A stretch of 64,000 nucleotides of DNA, taken from IMG/VR virus record IMGVR_UViG_3300008448_000018, positions 37,517-101,516 of that record; one strand, given 5' to 3'. Shown one piece after another: positions 30,381 through 40,446 of this stretch. The DNA is from a virus. The notes beneath the pieces were generated by a model. That model saw nothing but the letters and a program-made list of their open reading frames with translations, was not told the origin of the DNA and did not search any database. The first letter of the stretch is position 1; every line of letters starts with the position of its first letter. A program made the position numbers and the translations under genes.

Positions 30381-30829
30381 TAGTCACTCACTGTTTGATT
30401 CTCTGTCCTACGCCAGAGCATCTTAAAATATTCGACACTTCCAAAAGGTCCTAGGAAAGGCTCTACTGTAGCCATTTCGTAAATGGTTCCTCTTCCTGCT
30501 CTAGCCCCTGCAGTCTCTTTATAAATAATATCATCATTAGCACTTCTTATGTTTGTAACTAGAATATTTGTAATAGCGTTTTCAGAATTTGTAGATGATA
30601 TTCTTGGATCATTTTTTGTTCTGGCAATTAGTTTATTTTCATACTGTAAAAATGTTTCAGGCTTAATATCTTCTGTTCCTGCACCACCAACATTTGTTGC
30701 GTTGCATATAATTGTTCTGTCAAATACCCAATCTTTTGTAGCCTGACCATATTGGGTTTGTTTAATTATTGGGTAGTAGATATCAGCCTTCATCGGGTAC
30801 ATGAAATCTGTTTCTGGACAGCATTCCAT
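30380..30829 (-). CDS. putative head-tail stopper
   Basis: Position and size; beta-rich. Confidence 0.5.
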   Translation of the reverse strand: MECCPETDFMYPMKADIYYPIIKQTQYGQATKDWVFDRTIICNATNVGGAGTEDIKPETFLQYENKLIARTKNDPRISSTNSENAITNILVTNIRSANDDIIYKETAGARAGRGTIYEMATVEPFLGPFGSVEYFKMLWRRTENQTVSD

Positions 30830-31803
30830 TATAAGACTCCTGGACGGATAATCGTTTCTACGTATTTATCTAATATCTTGTCAACCAGAATATTGCCAGT
30901 GCCGTCTATCATTCTCTTATCGTATTCAATCTTAAACTGGTCTGTGCTATAGTTTTTAATATATCTCTTATAGTAGTCAAGTTTTCCACATTTGATATCT
31001 TCAATTAACATTTTTACTGCATCTGTAATATCTGATGGGACTACCTTATATCCAGTTTCTAACAAAAAGATATAGTCAGTTCCTTCTGGAAACGCTACGG
31101 CTGGGACTATAGTCTGAACATTGCCACTATCCTCTGTATCAAAAAGACTAATTGAGTCTGAAGGCGCTACAGGAATACTTGGGTATTTTCTTTCTGCACG
31201 GTTCATAGCATCTGTTGTTTCAATTGGGTCTTTTGTAATAGCAGACTTATCTTTAGTAATTATATAGTTATAAGATTTTAAGGCTGGACCATTAACTGTA
31301 TCGCTAAGGTCATAAACTAACTCTGCATTTTCGTATGCCTTTAAAATCTTATGTGTTCTTTTCCAAAGTGGTACATAGTCTGTACCTTGACCGACAACCT
31401 CTAGATATGTTCTATCATAATAGAAACCACCAGTTATTGCGTCAATGATTGCTCTTGCAAGGCTTTCATATTCTGTGTATGCAGCAATATCTGTTGCTGT
31501 TCCAGAAGTGGCTAATGTAGTTGGGTTTACATATGGTCTAGCAACATCTAAGTTATCTTCAACTACAATATCTCCACGCTCTCCATCAACATCCTCATAG
31601 ATGCTAAGGGCATAGGATTTATCATACTTCACAAAGTCTCCAGTTAAAGAATATGTAAGTTGAGAATTTGCATTAGAGGTTATGAACTCCTCTACTTCTG
31701 TTTGTTCTGCAACATCCTCAATAACCAAAATATAGTCAGCGTTATTATCTGGAACTGTATAAGTAACTGAAAGTGGGTATGGTGGAATTCTTAAAATATT
31801 CAT
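30829..31803 (-). CDS. putative head-tail adaptor
   Basis: GYKVVPSDITDAVKMLI...TGNILVDKILDKY resembles gp6/gp15 connectors. Confidence 0.6.
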   Translation of the reverse strand: MNILRIPPYPLSVTYTVPDNNADYILVIEDVAEQTEVEEFITSNANSQLTYSLTGDFVKYDKSYALSIYEDVDGERGDIVVEDNLDVARPYVNPTTLATSGTATDIAAYTEYESLARAIIDAITGGFYYDRTYLEVVGQGTDYVPLWKRTHKILKAYENAELVYDLSDTVNGPALKSYNYIITKDKSAITKDPIETTDAMNRAERKYPSIPVAPSDSISLFDTEDSGNVQTIVPAVAFPEGTDYIFLLETGYKVVPSDITDAVKMLIEDIKCGKLDYYKRYIKNYSTDQFKIEYDKRMIDGTGNILVDKILDKYVETIIRPGVL

Positions 31804-32147
31804 GCTTGTTTACCGTAGTATGAGGCTACTTCTTCAGGAGATGCTATTCGCACTAACCTGTGAGTGAGCCACTTTTCCGATGCCTCCTTTGAGACGATGT
31901 TATAGCCTACAGTTATAGGCTTAAGGTTATCCATATGTAGGTTTTTATCTGAGTAAATTGCAACCTTCTCTTTTGGATCTTCTGGCTTAACTTCAACGCC
32001 ATCTATTGTTGGTGGGAAGAATGATGCAATAACTTCTAGAATTTCTAATTTAGTATTTGACCCATATAGATCAATGCCGTTCTTTTTGGCATAGGACTTT
32101 AGTTCCATAACGGTTTGCTTTGATAATTGTTCCATTGTTGGTTTCAT
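31800..32147 (-). CDS. hypothetical protein with Rho-N/HeH-like motif
   Basis: LSKQTVMELKSYAKKNGIDL...KLEILE. Confidence 0.55.
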   Translation of the reverse strand: MKPTMEQLSKQTVMELKSYAKKNGIDLYGSNTKLEILEVIASFFPPTIDGVEVKPEDPKEKVAIYSDKNLHMDNLKPITVGYNIVSKEASEKWLTHRLVRIASPEEVASYYGKQA

Positions 32148-32180
32148 AAAATCTCCTATGCTTATTTGTAATTATACCAG

Positions 32181-32220
32181 AAAAGAATAAGGAGGGTAGT
32201 TTTTACGCTACCCTCCCTAT
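32181..32220 (-). terminator. intrinsic terminator after major capsid gene
   Basis: Minus strand GGGAGGGTAG-cgtaaaaa-CTACCCTCCT followed by TATTCTTTT. Confidence 0.75.
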
Positions 32221-32237
32221 AAGTGATTGGTTAAATC

Positions 32238-33389
32238 TTAGGAATCAGCACTATCTGAGTCGACATAAGCGACTGCATCTAGTTCTTCCCATTGGATACC
32301 AAAACGTACGAATACTGTGTATTCGATTGTGTCCTTCTTTGCAACGTACTCACGATTTACTGTGATATCACGTTGGAAGCCCCATACACGGTTCTGAGGG
32401 AATGTCAAGTCGACATAACCTGCAGGGTAGTAAGGAACCTCAAGAACATCTACACCAAGTACACGAGTTGTACGTGAATTACCAAGTGTTTGTGCAGTTC
32501 CATCAAGGAATTCTTGACGGTTTGCCTGTGTGCTACCAATGCGATCTGAGAACGCTGATGAAATAGCATCTGCTAGTGTACCGTTGTTACGAACAATACC
32601 AGCAAAAGCGTCAGTACCTGCATAGAACTTAAGGTTTGACTTAAGTGCACGGTACTTGCGTGGCATTGCTAGAAGCAAGCCCTGCATTACTGATGTTGTG
32701 TAGTTGTTGTCTGAAACGGTTGCTGCGTACTCGTGTGCGTCGTTTCCGACTGTTCCACGGGTCTGCTTGATAAAGCCAGGCATGATGGAAAGGAAGGCAT
32801 CTGCGCCTGTTCCTGTACCATTAATTGCAAGGTCTTCGATATCGTTAGCAAATGCATTAGTCATCAAGCGAACTAGATGATCTTCAAGTGCACCGCCTTC
32901 AATATTGTCTTCTAGTGCTTCAGTAGAGACTTCCCAATCAAGACGAATCTTCTTGGTTGTCAATTCTACCTTAGTAAAAGTAGCGCCTGCGTTTGTGTAG
33001 TCTGGTGCTCCTTGAGCAGCAGCACGGATTACACGTTCTCCAACGTTGACCTTTTCGATCTCCATTGTGTTAGCACGCATTGTAACTCTACGACCATCTT
33101 TGGCGAGAACTGTTGCATCCCACACGTAGTCGATGAAGCGACGAGCCTGCTCTGGTGCTAGAATACCACCTGCAGCGCCAGTTGGGTTTACTGCGTTTGG
33201 TCCAGATGTTGATCCGAATGCTGCTGTTGCAGTGTTACCGAGTTGTGATCCTACAGATGATCCTGCAGAGTCTAAACCAGTTGCACTACCAACACCACCA
33301 GATACGAAACCGCCCTGAGAGTTAATCTCATTGCCTGCTCCGCCTGATCCAGGGTAGTTCTTTTCTAGATTGTTATTTTGTTCCGACAT
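32238..33389 (-). CDS. major capsid protein (HK97 fold; start 33389 MSEQ)
   Basis: GGILAPEQARRFID, EALEDNIEG, DLAINGTG; GGAGGTGA RBS; follows the protease gene. Confidence 0.9.
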   Translation of the reverse strand: MSEQNNNLEKNYPGSGGAGNEINSQGGFVSGGVGSATGLDSAGSSVGSQLGNTATAAFGSTSGPNAVNPTGAAGGILAPEQARRFIDYVWDATVLAKDGRRVTMRANTMEIEKVNVGERVIRAAAQGAPDYTNAGATFTKVELTTKKIRLDWEVSTEALEDNIEGGALEDHLVRLMTNAFANDIEDLAINGTGTGADAFLSIMPGFIKQTRGTVGNDAHEYAATVSDNNYTTSVMQGLLLAMPRKYRALKSNLKFYAGTDAFAGIVRNNGTLADAISSAFSDRIGSTQANRQEFLDGTAQTLGNSRTTRVLGVDVLEVPYYPAGYVDLTFPQNRVWGFQRDITVNREYVAKKDTIEYTVFVRFGIQWEELDAVAYVDSDSADS

Positions 33390-33416
33390 ATTGTTCACCT
33401 CCTAGTGATTTTTACC

Positions 33417-34736
33417 TTAGTTAAATAGGTCGGTTGATGTGAGGAAACGACCGCCCCATAGGGATTTTTGAACCTTGGTAGGCTCAAACTGCACGACCTC
33501 GCCTAGATCGCCAGACTTGCGGAAAGCGGTATCTTGCTCTACGGCATCTACTCGCTTGCCAAACTCATTAAAAACTCCCTTGACATTTTTTACCTCATCA
33601 GATACGGTCTTAACCTCACCTGATACGGTGTCAAGAGATTTGTGTAGTGCAACAATTTGCTCGTTAAGAGACTTAATAGTTGTTGCAAGATCGCCAAAGG
33701 CATTTGTAAGAGAATTCTTGATTTCTGCAACTGCCTCAACAATTGCTTCATCAGACTTTGCTACAACAGTTTCTGTTGCAACAACTTCTCCCTCTTCTGT
33801 TTTTTCGACAGAAGAATCTGCACTACCATCATCTGACTTGGCAACTGCAAGTTCTTCAACTGCTGGTGCTTCGTCAACGACTGCAGGAGTTTCTACAACT
33901 TCTGCTGGCTGTGCCTCTGGAGCGACCTGAACTTCTTCAACTGCAGCATCAACTGCTGTTTCTGTTGTTTCATTCATAGGACTAACCTCCTTTGTAATCT
34001 TAATTGTACTAATGCCTTTAGCACTATCAACTAAGAACTTTATCATTTCTGCTTTTTCATTATCATTCTTTTCAACAAAACCAATGTTTTTCATTTGCTT
34101 TTCAGTAACTGGGTGTGAAACTGTTTCTGCATCTGATAGGATAACCATTCCTGATTCTTGATCATAAAAAATATTTTCTGTATCTACCTTTGAAATCAAA
34201 CCACCAAGAACATTGTGACCATCTTGTTTTTCAATTGATACAATATTTGCAAACTGATTTGCAGGGGAGTCAACTAATGAGAGTTCAAAAAGATCATATT
34301 CCTTGATAACACGAATTGTCTTATCCATCTCTTCATTAAATGCATCATCCCAGGTCTTGATGTTTCCACCAATAGAGAATCCTGTGTAAGTTCCATCTAG
34401 AACTTTCTCCCAGGCATCCTGTGCACCCTTTGAAACATACGCTGAAACGTATACTCCACTATAAAACTTTTTTGTACTTGGATCGAAGTAACGATCTTCT
34501 TTAAAAGAAACAATCTTACCAACTGCTGAAGGCTGGTGCATCTCACGTAGATTTCCACGGAAGTTCTTAAATGCATTTATACTAGACTCTGTGGTTACAA
34601 TGTCGCCCTGCTTGTCAATATTATCAAGAGTGGCAAAACCTGACACCATACGGCGCTCAACATCAACTTTTCCAATAGGCATTGATAGACGAACATTGTC
34701 GCCATCAGTCACCCAATGAGCCTTATTTATTAACAT
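33417..34736 (-). CDS. prohead protease fused to scaffold-like domain
   Basis: SGFAT..DKQGD, EMH, GFSIGG, ELSLVDSPAN; acidic/coiled-coil C-terminus. Confidence 0.88.
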   Translation of the reverse strand: MLINKAHWVTDGDNVRLSMPIGKVDVERRMVSGFATLDNIDKQGDIVTTESSINAFKNFRGNLREMHQPSAVGKIVSFKEDRYFDPSTKKFYSGVYVSAYVSKGAQDAWEKVLDGTYTGFSIGGNIKTWDDAFNEEMDKTIRVIKEYDLFELSLVDSPANQFANIVSIEKQDGHNVLGGLISKVDTENIFYDQESGMVILSDAETVSHPVTEKQMKNIGFVEKNDNEKAEMIKFLVDSAKGISTIKITKEVSPMNETTETAVDAAVEEVQVAPEAQPAEVVETPAVVDEAPAVEELAVAKSDDGSADSSVEKTEEGEVVATETVVAKSDEAIVEAVAEIKNSLTNAFGDLATTIKSLNEQIVALHKSLDTVSGEVKTVSDEVKNVKGVFNEFGKRVDAVEQDTAFRKSGDLGEVVQFEPTKVQKSLWGGRFLTSTDLFN

Positions 34737-34776
34737 ATCGATACCATTATACCAAACATTTTCAACGTTATCTCAA

Positions 34777-36372
34777 TTATTGAGATGCTCTACCTTCTCC
34801 TTGTGGATTGCGTCCAGCCACCGTTGTAGTAGAGTCTGAATTGTTATTAGTTCTCTCAGCATCTCTTTCACGGTTCCCTGCCAGATTTGCTCTGGAGTCA
34901 GTTGCTTGACGTGGTGACATTACAAATGGTTCATCGCCATCTGCCCTTTGTGGCAAGTCCAACTTCTCACGAGCCTCGTTTGGAGTCATAACCTGTGTCT
35001 TTACATATCTTTCAATAATCTGTGATTGTGCAATTTCATCAGTCAAGGTAAGTTCATTAAACTTAAGTTCAAGTATATCTGTTTTTTCTTTAATAATCTT
35101 ATTGACAACCTTTTCCAAGTGCTTTTGGGCTGGGCGTGAAACCTGCTCCTTAAAAGTTCTATCCTGTGAAAGTGCTGCAGCAATGCCTGAATCTGCTCCA
35201 CCTAACTTAGAGATTGGAACTTGATGGGCAATGAGAATGTCATCACGGTTCTGTTTACGATACTCTTTAAATGAGCCATCTTGAATGCCGTTTTCAACAG
35301 CCTCCATTTTAAACTCAACCTTGTTTTGATCAGTATCTCCAGGAAGCGGGATATAAAGAGTTCTGTGTGACTGAGACTTAAGTCCAGTCTGCAAGAATCT
35401 AAACATCTTGTCTTCTCCCTCAGCAGATAATTTTGCACCCTTTAAGGTAACAACATATCTAGGAACAGCCTTATTCTCAAAGTAGTCAATATTGTATTGT
35501 GATGCAAGTTGATCTCCAATAAGAGATGGCAATGCAGCAACAATATCTGGAATACCATAGTATGTGTTTAGAGGAGAGTATTCCTTATAATGAATAATCT
35601 CATTTGGTCTTGTGTCAGCAGTCATTGGGTTTTGATTGTTAGCCCCAAAATTACGGAAGTAAACTACGGAATTTCCAATAATTTGAACATATCCATCACG
35701 AAGACGGCGGACACGAACAGTTGTTGCTGGAATATGACCAACATATCCAATCTCTCCAGTTACGGTACGACCAATTTCTAGGAAGCCGTTACCTGTAGCC
35801 TGAACATCTGTATAAAACTTTTCCATTGTCTTTGTAAAAGAATCATCATCATTAAGGTTTTCTAGCCAATCCTTTAATTCTAACTTCATTCTTTCAATAC
35901 GGCGACGAGCACGGTCAACTGCTCCTTGATCATCATTCATTTCAAACCTTAACATTGTTCTATCTGCTACCTCAAAGTAGTATCCAAGACCAACAACGTT
36001 TTCTACCTTTGCATCAATAGCAGCGTGATTAGCAAATGAAGTATCATAAAAGTTAGCCAACTCATACATGTTATATGGTGGAGTAATTACATCAAATAGA
36101 CCATAACCATTACGATATACAGTTCCAGGATTGATTGCCTTTGATGATGCATCTACACCAGATGGTGTTGCATTTGCTGCATCTAGATATGCTGCTGTTG
36201 GAGTAATAACTGCCTTTGCAACATTCCGTGAAGTTTTTCTACGAAAGTTTTGATTTAAACCATTATAGTCTTTAAGGTTTTCCCAAGACTTATTAAAAGG
36301 ATCTTGTTCCTTAAATGGGCTATCTTCTTTTGGCTGGGTGTTTAACCCAACTCTTATATAATCATCAGTCAT
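34777..36372 (-). CDS. portal protein (start probably 36372, MTDDY)
   Basis: TGNGFLE, NEIIH, YYGIPDI, YFENKAVP, MTPNEAR. Confidence 0.9.
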   Translation of the reverse strand: MTDDYIRVGLNTQPKEDSPFKEQDPFNKSWENLKDYNGLNQNFRRKTSRNVAKAVITPTAAYLDAANATPSGVDASSKAINPGTVYRNGYGLFDVITPPYNMYELANFYDTSFANHAAIDAKVENVVGLGYYFEVADRTMLRFEMNDDQGAVDRARRRIERMKLELKDWLENLNDDDSFTKTMEKFYTDVQATGNGFLEIGRTVTGEIGYVGHIPATTVRVRRLRDGYVQIIGNSVVYFRNFGANNQNPMTADTRPNEIIHYKEYSPLNTYYGIPDIVAALPSLIGDQLASQYNIDYFENKAVPRYVVTLKGAKLSAEGEDKMFRFLQTGLKSQSHRTLYIPLPGDTDQNKVEFKMEAVENGIQDGSFKEYRKQNRDDILIAHQVPISKLGGADSGIAAALSQDRTFKEQVSRPAQKHLEKVVNKIIKEKTDILELKFNELTLTDEIAQSQIIERYVKTQVMTPNEAREKLDLPQRADGDEPFVMSPRQATDSRANLAGNRERDAERTNNNSDSTTTVAGRNPQGEGRASQ

Positions 36373-36736
36373 CGCTACCATACTTATCATAGGTTTGTCG
36401 TGCTGCTACCCAAGCACCGTGGTCATTCATAGAAGGAATCAAACCGTTCTTCATTCTATCCATTTGCTCAGAATACTCTTCTTCGCTAATTCTTGTTAGC
36501 CCAGGAACAAAAACGGGCTTTCCTTCACCATCATCGCCATAGTGCATAGCGGCTTTTCTTAATTCTGCAATCTTTGAGATATCTCCACGCTCTGAAGGTA
36601 TGTTTAAAACACTACCGCTTCCGTCAGTAAACCAATTGCCATCTGACTTTTTGTACACGTATAGACCCCAATTGTAGTCTTTTTCTATTACTTTGCGTCG
36701 GACATTGCCAACTTTTTCAAGAATTTTGTCATCCAT
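36365..36736 (-). CDS. hypothetical protein upstream of portal (start probably 36736)
   Basis: ATG lies 7 nt after TGCTATACT; overlaps the portal start. Confidence 0.7.
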   Translation of the reverse strand: MDDKILEKVGNVRRKVIEKDYNWGLYVYKKSDGNWFTDGSGSVLNIPSERGDISKIAELRKAAMHYGDDGEGKPVFVPGLTRISEEEYSEQMDRMKNGLIPSMNDHGAWVAARQTYDKYGSDD

Positions 36737-36754
36737 AACCACAAGTATAGCATA

Positions 36755-39700
36755 CTATACTGGAATCTTGACCGTGGTCTGCCAATCTGTATCGGAATAC
36801 AGTCTCAACTTTTCAGCATCAAATATCATGCCTTCAGAGTCATCAATGATAATCTTATTAGTTCCAAGGTAGGTTTTATAAACATCTGCAGGGTTAACTC
36901 CGTATAGGTCTGAAGCCTCAACTACCAATACACCTTCCCAAGTAAAGTTATTTAGCCAGTACTGCCACTGGTAGTTTGTAACTCCATCAGTCTTAACCCT
37001 AAGCCAAGGTCTAGTAATAGTACTCTGTACCTGCTGTAGATTATTAGCCTGGTAGTAGGCTATATTATTAAATAGCATTGGTCCTGTTAGATTAATACCG
37101 CCAAGGTATGCATCAAAGTTTAGGGCTGTTCCAAATGCAATTCCTAGTACACCCCACTCTTTAACTGTTAAGACTGGCTCTCTAACCAATATTCCATTCC
37201 AGTAATAGGCTAGTCCATTAAATGGTAAACCAGAGGCTAGGCTTTTTGCATATATCTTTGCCCTTGTTCCCTTTTCACTATCGGCAACCATATAAAACTT
37301 AATTGTGTCACCTTTATAGTCAATTTCAAACAACTCTGTTGGAATAATTGGGAACTGCTCATCATCATATCTCATCCAAATTTGAGCAGCACTTACACGA
37401 TAGTTTGCTGCTTGCTCTTGGTTGATTGGAACAGCAATACCACGATTAACCTGCTGATCAAATTCTCCACGAACCTGTATTCCAGTTTTTCTATTTAGGT
37501 ATAGATATGGCGTGCTTCCCTTATAAATGCTAAATGGGTTCTTTGATTTATAGTCATAGTAAATGCCAGAGCGCTTGTATGGAAATACGTTAAGACCAAA
37601 TCTGGTTCCAATTGGGTTAAACGAGTTATTGTTCAATGCCTGTGATGCAAATTCTAGCCTGCTTAGTTTTATAGGCTTTGTTAAAATATTTCTAAGTTTA
37701 AACTCTAAATGAAAAACAATAGCCAAGTCATTAAAGTCTACAGTCTTTGTTGGGTAAATAAGGGTATTGTCAACAACCTCAAACTTTGTTGTTGCCCAAG
37801 ATGGATGCTGATCTATATCAATTATCTTATCACTCTTTGGAGTCTCTACAATAGTAAAAGAATCTTGCAAAGCGTTTGCACCTTCGGCAATATACTGGAA
37901 GGTTATATAACTTCTTATAGAAGCGCTTGACGTATCATACTCATAAAACTTTGCAGACTTTTCTAGCATATCTTGATAGTTAGCCCACCCAGTGTGAAGT
38001 ATATTATCTAACTGTGCGTAAGTATGCTGAAATGGGTTCTTATATTCTTCTTTTAGATCGCCGTAGGTCCAACTTTCTAGTACCGTCTCAGTTTCTGAAA
38101 GTTTATCTGGTGATGGATATCCTATATTAAACTGTAAAAAATCTAAATCATAAAATTGGTTGCCAACATCATTAGTTACAAATTGAGCAAAATATGATAG
38201 TGGAAGATAGTCTTGCCAATATCCAGAAACACCAATATCTAAGAAGAACTTGTCATAAGCCTCTGTTGGCAATAATGTATAACTTGCTGTATGGGCTATT
38301 AGAGCAATAGCATTTTCTTCTTCCAGCACTCCGCTAATTGATAGGTCATCAAATATTGCTATTCCAGTAGACAAAAAGTAATCAGAAATACTAGAAGCAT
38401 TAAATCCAGTACATAGACCAAACGAATAAATTTTACCAGTAAAAGTATTTAGTGGTTCTTCATCTCCGCCGATGTATGTTTGTAGCCCATTTTGATTACC
38501 AAAAAATGCTGAAACATTTTCTCCAAAATTATTTGAAATATCATCTAGGTTAATTCCAACAGAAAACAACTGATCAGACTCTAAAGATGCTGTTGTGTAT
38601 AACTCTTCATCTGTTCCATTATAGTTAAGAACATATTTAATAACATCTTCTTCTTGCTTAATTATAAAGTAATCTCCAGTTAATGTGCTATATATCTTGA
38701 TTAGTGTTTGTGGCTGTACGGTTGGTCCCGACTCTGGTCCTATGTCTGATGTACTGAATACTCCATATATAGCCTTTACCTGATCATTTAATATATTAAA
38801 CCTTGGGAAGTTAAAATAGCATTGTTCTGAATTCCATCCAACATTAGGTCTAAATGTAATGAATTTATAAGGTTCAATTGGTCCAGACTCTACTGTTTGA
38901 ACTGCCTGACAATCATCATATAGGTCTTGTAGTGTTTTTGAATCTAAAAATATTTCTGGAAGTTCATATTCTGGAGTTGTCAAAGATGTTGAAGTTGTAG
39001 TTAAGTTATCAAAACTACCCTGCTGCCATTGTGCAAAATCTGGGTAAGTATAGTTAGAAGTATAATCGGCAAATGGATAATCTATAAAAGCAGATGTTCC
39101 ACCGTAGGCTGAGTTAATACCTTCTGGAGACAAAACACCTTGACCGTATACCCATCTACGCTTTGCAACAGTAATTGGAATTTGATATGAATATATTGCA
39201 ACACAGTCAATTTCTACTGGAGTAACATCTGAGTAGGCATAAAAGCCAAGCCAGTCTTGTGAATCTCCATTTAGTGTTTCTTCTGGCAAAGCAATAGTTG
39301 CAGTATCTATTGCCATAGATATAACCTCTTCACCATTTAATAATACTGTTGCTGAGTTTCTAATTAAACGAACCTGGATAAGCATTGGTCTAACCCATTC
39401 ACCAACAAAGTGTGAAGCAAAGTTATCTCCTATTACAAGAGTTAAAAATCCACCCTCAACATAAAGACCATTAGATCCAGCAATAGGACCAAATATTCTT
39501 TTTGGTGTTGATGCACTTGAGTTAATTCTTGCCCAAAACTCTACAGTATATTCTTTATATCTTCCTACCTCATTTAAAAATCCTTTTCCTGGGACTATCA
39601 AAGAAGGTCTTCCTGAATCATTTGGAATTAATCTAGTAACACCTGATGCTCCATAAACAAGAGGGATGCTTGTATTTTTAGCAAGCAAAGCATTATTATT

Positions 39701-40411
39701 TACAATGTAGTAGCCCTGGTTTCCAGATAAACCGTATGCTGCTGCTGGAACAACTTTGTCTGTTGTAGTAATTGCTATAGTTGATGGAAAAGTCTGGGGT
39801 GTAATTCCTAAAGACGTTGTGTTAAACTCTTCAGACCATTGACCAACACTTATTCCGTTTAAATAAAATTGATAGGCTTCTGGGGTTGGTCCACCACTTA
39901 CTGTGGCAATTTTTACAACTGCACGAAGATTAGTAAACTCATTAGGGATTTCAAATGTTCCAGATATAAAACCCCATTTTTGGAAAAGATTTGTATCAAA
40001 AGTTTCTAGTTTTTGCACTGTCAAAGATGTTGTAGTATCTGTATATTCGTATCCAATTGAAACTGAATCTAAATAGGCGCTGTTTGAATAAAAGTACCCA
40101 CCAACAGAAAATGTACCAAGATCAGAGTTTAAGTCTTGAAAATTTACTAAATCTGGACTAATACAAATAATATCATTAGTGGCTCCAGTTGGGACATCTC
40201 CTTGAAGTTCTACAGTTATGCTATCTTTAAATGGCTCATCTGTTGTTGTTCCTTCTGAAGCAGTACCGCCAGTTACTGACCACTCATTCTCAACATCACG
40301 TTGAGCCTCAGTAATTAGGGTTATGTAATCAGCCTGATCATCTAACGCCCAAAGAACTAGCGGATGTTCGCTGTATATCTTTTCTGCATATAAATTGGAA
40401 GGGTTAGACAT
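36755..40411 (-). CDS. large virion protein with lectin/LamG-like domains (1218 aa)
   Basis: EHPLVLWALDD, YTVEFW...; beta-rich; own promoter and RBS. Confidence 0.6.
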   Translation of the reverse strand: MSNPSNLYAEKIYSEHPLVLWALDDQADYITLITEAQRDVENEWSVTGGTASEGTTTDEPFKDSITVELQGDVPTGATNDIICISPDLVNFQDLNSDLGTFSVGGYFYSNSAYLDSVSIGYEYTDTTTSLTVQKLETFDTNLFQKWGFISGTFEIPNEFTNLRAVVKIATVSGGPTPEAYQFYLNGISVGQWSEEFNTTSLGITPQTFPSTIAITTTDKVVPAAAYGLSGNQGYYIVNNNALLAKNTSIPLVYGASGVTRLIPNDSGRPSLIVPGKGFLNEVGRYKEYTVEFWARINSSASTPKRIFGPIAGSNGLYVEGGFLTLVIGDNFASHFVGEWVRPMLIQVRLIRNSATVLLNGEEVISMAIDTATIALPEETLNGDSQDWLGFYAYSDVTPVEIDCVAIYSYQIPITVAKRRWVYGQGVLSPEGINSAYGGTSAFIDYPFADYTSNYTYPDFAQWQQGSFDNLTTTSTSLTTPEYELPEIFLDSKTLQDLYDDCQAVQTVESGPIEPYKFITFRPNVGWNSEQCYFNFPRFNILNDQVKAIYGVFSTSDIGPESGPTVQPQTLIKIYSTLTGDYFIIKQEEDVIKYVLNYNGTDEELYTTASLESDQLFSVGINLDDISNNFGENVSAFFGNQNGLQTYIGGDEEPLNTFTGKIYSFGLCTGFNASSISDYFLSTGIAIFDDLSISGVLEEENAIALIAHTASYTLLPTEAYDKFFLDIGVSGYWQDYLPLSYFAQFVTNDVGNQFYDLDFLQFNIGYPSPDKLSETETVLESWTYGDLKEEYKNPFQHTYAQLDNILHTGWANYQDMLEKSAKFYEYDTSSASIRSYITFQYIAEGANALQDSFTIVETPKSDKIIDIDQHPSWATTKFEVVDNTLIYPTKTVDFNDLAIVFHLEFKLRNILTKPIKLSRLEFASQALNNNSFNPIGTRFGLNVFPYKRSGIYYDYKSKNPFSIYKGSTPYLYLNRKTGIQVRGEFDQQVNRGIAVPINQEQAANYRVSAAQIWMRYDDEQFPIIPTELFEIDYKGDTIKFYMVADSEKGTRAKIYAKSLASGLPFNGLAYYWNGILVREPVLTVKEWGVLGIAFGTALNFDAYLGGINLTGPMLFNNIAYYQANNLQQVQSTITRPWLRVKTDGVTNYQWQYWLNNFTWEGVLVVEASDLYGVNPADVYKTYLGTNKIIIDDSEGMIFDAEKLRLYSDTDWQTTVKIPV

Positions 40412-40446
40412 TTTTCTCCTATCCCCTTATTATAGCAGGCTAGAGA